This document shows positions 1 through 6,982 of a stretch of 39,984 bases of DNA, piece after piece. Positions within the stretch are counted from its first letter, which is position 1, and every line of letters begins with the position of its first letter. The notes under the pieces were generated by a model. The model made no database searches, had not been told where the DNA came from, and saw nothing but the letters and a program-made list of their open reading frames with translations. The stretch is taken from the IMG/VR virus record IMGVR_UViG_3300045988_141178; one strand, 5' to 3'. Origin of the DNA: a virus. Position numbers and translations under genes: made by a program.

Positions 1-17
1 AAATTTCCTAGTATATA

Positions 18-45
18 AAAAAGAGGTTAGAAATAACCTCTTTTT
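18..45. terminator. Bidirectional Rho-independent terminator-like hairpin
   Basis: Perfect 12-bp stem AAAAAGAGGTTA / TAACCTCTTTTT around a GAAA loop, with A/T tracts on both sides. Confidence 0.75.
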
Positions 46-59
46 ATAATTAATTGGTA

Positions 60-149
60 TTACTCAATTATTTCTGAAACTATACCAGATCCAACTGTTT
101 TGTTTTTAATCAAATCCGTTTGTCGCAGTTTGCTCAAAATAGCATAAAA
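60..149 (-). pseudogene. EF-Tu C-terminus-like remnant (…KTVGSGIVSEIIE*) outside the left att repeat
   Basis: Minus-strand open stretch FYAILSKLRQTDLIKNKTVGSGIVSEIIE* preceded by a stop at 150-152. The last ~12 residues match the EF-Tu C-terminal signature, also seen at the right edge ([12 protein letters not shown]). Confidence 0.45.
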
Positions 150-202
150 TCAATATTTTTTATCTGTAATTTTGTTCAGTTTTATTCAGTTATTTCCAAC
201 TT

Positions 203-224
203 AGTAGATAAAAAGTAGATAAAT
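203..224. repeat. Putative attL core: AGTAGATAAAAAGTAGATAAAT
   Basis: Exact 22-nt match to 39779-39800. Extends to 27 nt with one mismatch (AACT[T/A]AGTAG…). The right copy overlaps the integrase stop codon. Confidence 0.8.
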
Positions 225-225
225 C

Positions 226-369
226 CTATTTTTTATCTATTTTATGATAGCAATCAATATAAGCCATCCTATATATCTCATGAATGAGATTTTTATTAAT
301 CATAATTAGCAATTTATATCTTAATGGTTGTTTCTTCATGAGTCTTTGTGTCAATTCTTTTTCTTCCAT
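226..369 (-). CDS. Small hypothetical protein (47 aa)
   Basis: ATG with strong upstream SD (AAAAGGAGGTAAT); translates MEEKELTQRLMKKQPLRYKLLIMINKNLIHEIYRMAYIDCYHKIDKK*. Confidence 0.5.
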   Translation of the reverse strand: MEEKELTQRLMKKQPLRYKLLIMINKNLIHEIYRMAYIDCYHKIDKK

Positions 370-475
370 TAATATTACCTCCTTTTAAAAGTCGGAGAAT
401 ATTCTCTTGCTAATTATATTATATCATATTATGTAAATACATTTAACCCCTCTAGACTTTATATAAAGTATGTTT

Positions 476-637
476 TCACTTTATATCATTTTCTAAATCA
501 TTTATAATATTCAATTCTTTGTCTAGATTTGCTTTTATAACATCATCTTTTAATTTTTTTAATGTATTTCCACAACCAATATAATTTCCATCTTCTAATT
601 TCTCAAGAGCCTCATCAATGAGTGATAAAACTTGCAT
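476..637 (-). CDS. Small hypothetical protein (53 aa)
   Basis: ATG preceded by GGAGGC; MQVLSLIDEALEKLEDGNYIGCGNTLKKLKDDVIKANLDKELNIINDLENDIK*. Confidence 0.5.
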   Translation of the reverse strand: MQVLSLIDEALEKLEDGNYIGCGNTLKKLKDDVIKANLDKELNIINDLENDIK

Positions 638-796
638 TTTTAAGCCTCCAATCATTTTTTATTTATCCATATTTTATCACAATTATTGTAACCCTACAAT
701 ATATATACCCAACTTTATATAAAACAAAGTATAGTTAAAATAAATATTACTTCATTCTATAATATATGCAGTTGCAATTATAGAAAGGAGGCTAAT

Positions 797-1040
797 ATGA
801 TACATCTAAAAATTGAAGAACATCTCAAAGAAAATGGTAAATCACTATATTGGTTAACTGTACAGACTGGAAGAAGTTATCAGTCTTTAAAAAATCTTAC
901 AAAAAAGGATTTATATGGCATACATTTTGATACTCTAGAAATGTTATGCCGAGCTTTTAATTGTACTCCTCGGAGAATTATTAGAAATGATAGATGAAAA
1001 GGAGAGTGGTAAAAATGAGCAAAATTCTAAAGCAGTATAA
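797..1040 (+). CDS. HTH_26/XRE-type regulator, restored by a +1 shift at in-frame CGG 971-973 (80 aa)
   Basis: Zero frame: …LCRAFNCTP-R-RIIRNDR*. Skipping C971 gives …LCRAFNCTPGELLEMIDEKESGKNEQNSKAV*, which matches the typical family C-terminus (CTPG[DE]LLE). Confidence 0.7.
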
Positions 1041-1416
1041 AGAATTAAAAGAAAAAGATGCATCCTCAATATATATTTTTAGAATCGGCATATTCTACAA
1101 TATTTTGAATGAAGATGCAAAAATTCTAAATGAGAAACTAAGTTTGAAAATCACATCATTAAGTCCTGAAATTATAAAATGTGGTTTTCCTATCTCATCT
1201 TTAGAAAAATATACTAAAAAATTAGATAATTTGCAACTACAATACAAAGTGATAGATGATCTACCACAAAACTCTAATATTGTTGATTATTCAAAAAATA
1301 TTGAGATAAAAAAGATATTAAAAAAGATTTCTGAAATTGATATGAACAATACAACATTTCAACAAGCATTTAATATTTTATTAGAAATTCAAAATAAGTT
1401 AAAAAATATTAAGTAG
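1015..1416 (+). CDS. Stand-alone MutS domain I-like protein (about 133 aa)
   Basis: QYKELKEKDASSIYIFRIGIFYNILNEDAKILNEKLSLKITSL…IIKCGFPISSLEKYTKKLDNLQLQYKVID resembles MutS domain I (YxxxKxxyPdxilffRxGdFYEmFxeDAkxxsxxLxixLT…GxPxhxxxxYxxkLxxxGykVai). SD AAGGAGAG lies before ATG 1015. Confidence 0.7.
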   Translation: MSKILKQYKELKEKDASSIYIFRIGIFYNILNEDAKILNEKLSLKITSLSPEIIKCGFPISSLEKYTKKLDNLQLQYKVIDDLPQNSNIVDYSKNIEIKKILKKISEIDMNNTTFQQAFNILLEIQNKLKNIK

Positions 1417-1449
1417 AGGAATACATCCTCTACTTATTTTAGTAAATAT

Positions 1450-2520
1450 CTATATTTTTAATACTTGTCCTGGATAAATTTTATTAGGATTTGCAATACC
1501 ATTTTTCTTTGCTATTTCCTGGTATGTCGTTCCAAATTTACTTGCAATTCCAGACAAAGTATCCCCAGATTTTACAATATATGTTTTAGATGAATTAACA
1601 CCAGATTTTTGATTTACTATTGTTTGTATTACATCATAATCATACCCTGCTGCTTGTAGTTTTTTCTTTCTTTCAGATCCATTATCCCATTTACCAGCTA
1701 ATACTTCATTTGCAATTTCCTCATTTGATTTTTTTGAAGAAATGCCAGACAATTCATTAACTCTGGCTTGTACTACATCATAATTATAACCTTCAGCAAC
1801 TAATCTATTTTTTCTATCTTCGCCATTTCCCCAATCGCCAGCAAGAACTTCTTGTGCTAATTGTTCTATTGATTTTTTAGCTGGCGTATTTGGAGATGAA
1901 TTACTATTGTTATTTATTATTGATGGATAATCTTTATATGCTTCATTCATATCCACATTACCAGATATACCATTTACACTACCCGTAGATGTGTATTGCC
2001 ATAATCCATAAATATTTTTATCAAATGATGCTCCTTTATTCCACCAAGCAATCCATTTATCAAATCTGTTTAGTCTTGAAGAATTTAGTTTTGTATCAAA
2101 CCATGATTTTGAAGCATAAATTGCTGCATAATATCCTGCTTCCTCAAACATTAAACATTCTTTTTCACCAATAGATACAAGAACATCATTTGATGGCATA
2201 CCATGTTTTCTTTTATATCCATCTGCATCTTCCATATCAATAATAACTGGAAATCTTACTTTATCTTTATATGGTGCTAAAGTTTTTATTACTAAGTTTG
2301 CTTCATTTATAGCATTATTTATATTTAATGCATAAGAATATGTATATACACCAAATGGCATTCCTACTCTAATACATTCTTCTATATTTCTGATGGCTTT
2401 ACTATCTACTGAATTTTGCCCATAACTAATTCTTATAATAGCAAAATCAATTCCTGATGCCTTTACTGCATCCCAATTAATATTACCTTGATGTGCTGAT
2501 ACATCTATTCCTTTACTCAT
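1450..2520 (-). CDS. Endolysin: GH25 lysozyme + two Cpl-7-like repeats + LysM
   Basis: [20 protein letters not shown]…DMED…[19 protein letters not shown] (GH25); [16 protein letters not shown]… and [16 protein letters not shown]… (Cpl-7); [29 protein letters not shown]… (LysM). SD GGAGGTGG precedes ATG 2520; the longer ORF reaches 2565. Confidence 0.92.
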   Translation of the reverse strand: MSKGIDVSAHQGNINWDAVKASGIDFAIIRISYGQNSVDSKAIRNIEECIRVGMPFGVYTYSYALNINNAINEANLVIKTLAPYKDKVRFPVIIDMEDADGYKRKHGMPSNDVLVSIGEKECLMFEEAGYYAAIYASKSWFDTKLNSSRLNRFDKWIAWWNKGASFDKNIYGLWQYTSTGSVNGISGNVDMNEAYKDYPSIINNNSNSSPNTPAKKSIEQLAQEVLAGDWGNGEDRKNRLVAEGYNYDVVQARVNELSGISSKKSNEEIANEVLAGKWDNGSERKKKLQAAGYDYDVIQTIVNQKSGVNSSKTYIVKSGDTLSGIASKFGTTYQEIAKKNGIANPNKIYPGQVLKI

Positions 2521-2590
2521 TAGCTCCACCTCCAAATTCATTTTCATCTCTTTGGATTTCTCCATTTCCTAGAATTTCATTTTCTTCCAT
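2513..2590 (-). CDS. Candidate 25-aa leader ORF coupled to the lysozyme
   Basis: SD AAAGGTGG; [25 protein letters not shown], whose end (AATGAGTAA) overlaps the lysozyme start (ATGAGTAAA). Confidence 0.35.
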   Translation of the reverse strand: MEENEILGNGEIQRDENEFGGGANE

Positions 2591-2666
2591 TGAAAATTCC
2601 ACCTTTCTTTATAAAATAAAATATAGGAAGATTTTTTATATTTCTCCCTGTATTTTTACTATTTCG

Positions 2667-2707
2667 CAAAAAAACGGCTTACGAAAATCAATTTTAAGCC
2701 ATTTTTT
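2667..2707 (-). terminator. Rho-independent terminator-like hairpin between holin genes and lysozyme
   Basis: AAAAAA-C-GGCTTA … TAAGCC-A-TTTTTT; U-rich tail on the minus strand. Boundaries approximate. Confidence 0.5.
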
Positions 2708-2936
2708 AATCTTGGTTGATATCATTTGTTGTCTCATTTTCAGTGTTTTTTTCAACATTTGTCTTTCTTGTGAAAAAATATGTAAAAACTGCAGTTGCAA
2801 TATTAGAAAACAAAGTAAAAACTATCTGAAATATGTCCCAATTGCCTTTTATTGCTACAATTAAAACTAGGGCTATAATTGTAAAAGTAAATGCAATTGT
2901 TACAAAACTTTTTAAATCACTCCATGCTTGTTTCAT
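2706..2936 (-). CDS. Holin-like small membrane protein
   Basis: MKQAWSDLKSFVTIAFTFTIIALVLIVAIKGNWDIFQIVFTLFSNIATAVFTYFFTRK, two hydrophobic segments next to the lysozyme. Confidence 0.6.
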   Translation of the reverse strand: MKQAWSDLKSFVTIAFTFTIIALVLIVAIKGNWDIFQIVFTLFSNIATAVFTYFFTRKTNVEKNTENETTNDINQD

Positions 2937-3196
2937 TACTTTCTCCTTTCTTTTAGTAATTCTTGATAGTTTCTATCAACTTTACTATCAATCGTTACTA
3001 AATTACTTGCTATTATATCTAAAGATTTTGCAATATTATTATTACTTTCAGTTAGAACTTTAAGCATTTGAGTATTATCTTCAAGCATTTTATTATTTTT
3101 TGTTTTATCTTGTATAAATACCCATACGAATAAAGCTGCCATTATTAAAGTTCCACCATATTGAAATATAGCTTTTATTACTTCCAATAACTCCAT
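2936..3196 (-). CDS. Small membrane/coiled-coil protein, BhlA/holin-like
   Basis: One N-terminal TM segment followed by a charged coiled coil; lysis-cassette position. Confidence 0.5.
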   Translation of the reverse strand: MELLEVIKAIFQYGGTLIMAALFVWVFIQDKTKNNKMLEDNTQMLKVLTESNNNIAKSLDIIASNLVTIDSKVDRNYQELLKERRK

Positions 3197-3236
3197 CCTA
3201 TTTCTCCTTTCAGTAAAATAAAGAAAGAGCCTTATA

Positions 3237-3344
3237 TTAAGACTCTTCTAATTTTTCTTTTACTTTTTTTCTCCATAATTTTGGGACATCATCAATTGTC
3301 ATTGTTTTTAAATCTCTAATTTGAATTACATAAAAATTAACCAT
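3237..3344 (-). CDS. Small hypothetical protein (35 aa)
   Basis: SD GGGGAGG before ATG 3344; MVNFYVIQIRDLKTMTIDDVPKLWRKKVKEKLEES*. Confidence 0.4.
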   Translation of the reverse strand: MVNFYVIQIRDLKTMTIDDVPKLWRKKVKEKLEES

Positions 3345-3693
3345 TTCCAATTACCTCCCCAATATCAATTATTGCTTGTTCTAATGCAGATATTCTTTCA
3401 GTATCAGAAACATTTATAGTTTGCTTTAAATATTGCTCTTTAGCAAAATTTAACCATACTAAAAATTCTGTATCATTAGATAAATCATTTTCTAATGTAT
3501 CTCTGTAATTATTTTTTGAAATTCTATACATATCATAAGTATAGTATGTCTTAAATTCGCCGTTTTCATCTTTCTTTGAATGTTCTGTAATATTTTCATT
3601 TAAAATAATATCGCATTTTCCATTTAATATATTTTCTATAACATATTTATCTGGTGTTACATCTGACTCACAATTTAAGTTTACCTCTACCAT
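3337..3693 (-). CDS. Hypothetical protein between RT and holins
   Basis: 118-aa ORF with SD AAGGAG; its start overlaps the C-terminus of the restored RT. Confidence 0.6.
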   Translation of the reverse strand: MVEVNLNCESDVTPDKYVIENILNGKCDIILNENITEHSKKDENGEFKTYYTYDMYRISKNNYRDTLENDLSNDTEFLVWLNFAKEQYLKQTINVSDTERISALEQAIIDIGEVIGNG

Positions 3694-4725
3694 TTCTAAT
3701 CACTCCTTTACATTTTTTTAGAGTTATTTTATAGGGCTTAATATATTTATTTTTATAATTAAAACTATCACAATGTGATAACCAACCATGATATGAAATC
3801 ATAGAATAAGCATCTGTCAGCCTTATATATCCTCTTTTTACAATTTTTTTGACTCTTCTCTTAATTCGAAGAAAATTGCTTCGCCTTAATGTTGTATAAC
3901 CTCTATAAAATCTATATCCGCAAAAAATCTAATGGACGACTATCTACTTTAAATAATTGCCAATTATCTTTTAATTTTAATCCCTCTGGTTTTAAAAATT
4001 CATCAATTTCATGTTTTATTTTATGCAGTTCTTTTTTGTTTCTACCAAATAAAACCATATCGTCCATATATCTCAAGTAATATTTCACTTTCATTTTTTC
4101 TTTAATGAAGTGATCTAAATCTTGCAGATAAAAATTTGCAAACCATTGACTCGTAAAATTACCGAATAGGTAACCCATTTTCATTACTACTATCAATTAT
4201 AGCATCAATTAAATTCAGAACATCATAGTCTTTTATTATTCTTCTGAATTTTCTTTTACACACATTTTTATCAATGCTGGGATAAAACTTTTTAACATCT
4301 AATTTTAGACAATATTTTGTGTTTTTTCTATCATCTTTTAATATTCTTTTAATATATGTTGAGCCATAATGTATTCCCCTATTAGGAACACTAGCACAAC
4401 AATATTCATACATGCCTTTTTGCAAGATTGGTTGTAATTGCAACATTAATGACCAGTGAATACATTGGTCTGGGAAAAATGCTGGTTTAAAAATAATCCT
4501 CTCCTTTTTATTTGCTCCATCATGTATTGTCATTTGTTTATATGGAGATAGTTTTATTTCTTTCGTAGTTAACATATTAAAGAGAATATCGACATATTTA
4601 TCAATATTCTCTAATATCCTTGCTACATTGTTCCTATCTTTTTTTCCTTTTGCTGCTTCAATTATTGCTTTTTTGATGTTATCTTTGTTACAAATATCCT
4701 TGTAAAAATTGCCTTTTCTTTTCAT
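3668..4725 (-). CDS. DGR reverse transcriptase, restored by two +1 shifts at in-frame CGG (4164-4162 and 3920-3918), 351 aa
   Basis: Segments of 187 + 81 + 83 codons: …CLKLDVKKFYPSIDKNVCKRKF…NGLPI|GNFTSQWFANFYLQDLDHFIKEKMKVKYYLRYMDDMVLFG…VDSRPLDFL|GYRFYRGYTTLRRSNFLRIKRRVKK…KPYKITLKKCKGVIRNGRGKLKL*. YMDD catalytic motif and the DGR-type [I/V/L]GxxxSQ motif. Confidence 0.88.
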
Positions 4726-4990
4726 AACACACCTCTGGTAATATAATAATTTCTTATTTTTGTCTATCGGATTTTCAAACCATAATGGGCTTACTAATCC
4801 AATCCAGTTGCGACTCTATTTTGAGCAAGGGCTCTGGAAAATGATGTGTAATATATATAATTATTATTTCAAAAATAAGTACACGAGCACCGATGTTCCA
4901 ATTCGCATTCGAAGAGCCATTGTTGAAGTTCCAATACCACAAGCCAGCGTTAGCCCCATTGTTGAAGCTACCACCAACATGAGCAACCCT
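4726..4990 (-). ncRNA. Predicted DGR template RNA: TR plus ~147-nt spacer up to the RT start
   Basis: TR and TR-RT spacer transcribed towards the RT, as in characterised DGRs. RNA ends not determinable. Confidence 0.55.
4874..4990 (-). repeat. DGR template repeat (TR), 117 nt
   Basis: Coding strand AGGGTTGCTCATGTTGG…GGAACATCGGTGCTCGTGTACTTATT. Collinear with VR; 25 adenines, 14 of which differ in VR; 0 of 92 non-A positions differ. Confidence 0.95.
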
Positions 4991-5191
4991 CAAACGAGAA
5001 GCGAAAGCTCGGCAAAGCACACATCAAATCCCTATATTTTCAATTGTGTTTGAAATGATAATAGCATATTTTTATTTTTATTTTAACTATATTAGCCTTT
5101 ATATATAGTATGCTTGTAGGCTTCGATTTTATAGAATATTGCTAAAATTATAAAATATTTATAAATTCTAAATTTTTCTTTAAATATTTTT

Positions 5192-5208
5192 GGAGGCTGA
5201 CCGCCCCC
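5192..5208 (-). promoter_or_regulatory. GC-rich hairpin just 3' of VR, candidate DGR retargeting element
   Basis: Coding strand GGGGGC-GGTCA-GCCTCC: 6-bp stem (one G·T), 5-nt loop, 10 nt after the target stop codon. Confidence 0.5.
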
Positions 5209-5217
5209 AAACCCCCG

Positions 5218-6981
5218 TTATATCTGGTTATCAATAAGAACACGAGCACCGATGTACCAAACCGCATACGAAGAGCCACCGTTGAAGGTCCAACACCACA
5301 AGCCAGCGTAAGCCCCAGCGCTGAAGCTACCACCAACAAGAGCAACCCTTTTTGCTCCTTCAGCAATTGAAGTGGCATTATTATAGTAATAGTCACATAA
5401 ATAAGAATTACTACCGCCCCCAACAGCTTTTGGAAATCTAAAAAATGGCTCGTCAACATCTAAATCTAACTCTTTTGCATAGCCCTCAGTGCCTAGAGCA
5501 TTATAACCTAGTTGTTTATAATTTTCTGTTGTATCACTAGCATATAAAGAGTGATTTTTACAAATATAAAACTTGCCACTAATCATATTGATACCATCTA
5601 CCCATTGCCAAATATGTGCAAAAATATTTTCTATTCCTCTATAAATCATTGAATGATAACCATCATTATTTAAGCAACCAGATTTCATTCCTAATGTATC
5701 ACATTGACCAGTAATTTGTGCCATTGTACAAACAAAATTATCAACTGCTATATTAACTGCTGCTCCATCAAATGTTATTGCTGAACCAGTAACTGTTCCA
5801 TCATCATAAGACTCAATTGCAGTAATTCTCCTTGCATCTGCAACTTGTGTTCCCGTATCAGACGTACCAATTCTTATGATTTGTCCTACATAGTAACCGG
5901 ATGCACTTCCAACTATTACTCTATTTGTATTATTTTCTGCAACAATTGCTTTTACATTTTTACGGCTTTGAACACCATTTCCAAGCATCGCTTGAGAATT
6001 ATAATTTGCATATTCAACTAAATATATCATTTGAACAACAAAATATCTCCAATCTAGTTGAGAAAATTTATCTCCTAGTGCATTTGCTAATGTTCTAAAT
6101 TGTCCTATTGTCTTACTTGTTGTTGGCACTAAACCACTATAAGTATGTAATACATTTGACACAACAGAGCCATTATATCTACCAATAAAGAATCCATCTA
6201 CTTCCATAAATCCAGCTCTTGGATAGTCTGCTAATAAAACATAATCATAATCATTTTCTTGGTAGATTTTCCAATATGTTTTTGGATAATAAGTAAATAC
6301 ATCTCCATTGCTACCATCAAATTGAAAGTTTGCATCTCCAAACCAAGCATTTATTTTTTTAGTAGTTAAATCATAATTACATGATTTTATTTCAGACCAA
6401 GGAGCCAAACTATCAAAATCATTTTGAACAGTTCCACCATTTTTAGTAGCATTAGCAACTTTGCCAACACTATCGAATAGTCTTTCCCATGCAGAACTAG
6501 AATTATTTGTTATTTTTCTTCTTATTCCATAAACATGACCTCTTGTTGTTTCTATTTTATCAACATCAGCTTCTAATTCTTCTATACGAGCATCTACATT
6601 TGCAAAAGTTTTATCTTTTATAGTGGATTGTCTTGCATTTGTTACTTCTGGATCCTTAATTTCTATTGTTTTATTATTTTTCGTTAATTTCTGTCCTCCT
6701 AGGGTAATATTTTCTAAAACATTAACTTGTGCTCCAGATGCAATTCCATTTAGTTTGTTCTTTTCTTCTGTTGAATAATTTTCTGTTGATAATTGTTTTC
6801 CATCAACTTTATCAACTTTATTACCACTTAAATCACTAACTGCATTATCTATCATATCCCAGTTGTCATTCATTGCTGCATCAATATCAAAATTGCTATT
6901 TAAATCCTCATCATCTTGAGTATTCCATTTAAATAATTTTAAAAAAGTAGTTTTTAAAGACATCTTTTTATCTCCTTTCAA
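5218..6981 (-). CDS. DGR target: tail/receptor-binding protein with C-terminal variable C-type-lectin-like domain
   Basis: Phage tail-protein N-terminus; C-terminus RVALVGGSFSAGAYAGLWCWTFNGGSSYAVWYIGARVLIDNQI encoded by VR. ATG at MSLKTT with SD is a possible start. Confidence 0.88.
   Translation of the reverse strand: MKGDKKMSLKTTFLKLFKWNTQDDEDLNSNFDIDAAMNDNWDMIDNAVSDLSGNKVDKVDGKQLSTENYSTEEKNKLNGIASGAQVNVLENITLGGQKLTKNNKTIEIKDPEVTNARQSTIKDKTFANVDARIEELEADVDKIETTRGHVYGIRRKITNNSSSAWERLFDSVGKVANATKNGGTVQNDFDSLAPWSEIKSCNYDLTTKKINAWFGDANFQFDGSNGDVFTYYPKTYWKIYQENDYDYVLLADYPRAGFMEVDGFFIGRYNGSVVSNVLHTYSGLVPTTSKTIGQFRTLANALGDKFSQLDWRYFVVQMIYLVEYANYNSQAMLGNGVQSRKNVKAIVAENNTNRVIVGSASGYYVGQIIRIGTSDTGTQVADARRITAIESYDDGTVTGSAITFDGAAVNIAVDNFVCTMAQITGQCDTLGMKSGCLNNDGYHSMIYRGIENIFAHIWQWVDGINMISGKFYICKNHSLYASDTTENYKQLGYNALGTEGYAKELDLDVDEPFFRFPKAVGGGSNSYLCDYYYNNATSIAEGAKRVALVGGSFSAGAYAGLWCWTFNGGSSYAVWYIGARVLIDNQI
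5233..5349 (-). repeat. DGR variable repeat (VR), 117 nt
   Basis: 103/117 identical to TR with no gaps; all 14 substitutions are at TR A positions. Confidence 0.95.
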
Positions 6982-6982
6982 A

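Noticed and set aside
3668-4725. RT as an ordinary decayed pseudogene
   Set aside because: Both lesions are identical in type (CGG, +1) and match three other genes; otherwise all motifs are intact and the TR/VR pattern is clean. Mutational decay would give varied lesions. Sequencing error is not fully excluded without reads.
4775-5020. ORF 81 aa containing VGGSFNNGANAGLWYWNFNNGSSNANWNIGARVLI as a real protein
   Set aside because: This is the DGR template repeat read as protein; it has no good RBS and its flanks are unrelated to the target. Treated as TR.
5148-5459. 103-aa plus-strand ORF opposite the VR
   Set aside because: Antisense to the DGR target 3' end, low-complexity hydrophobic, no supporting features.
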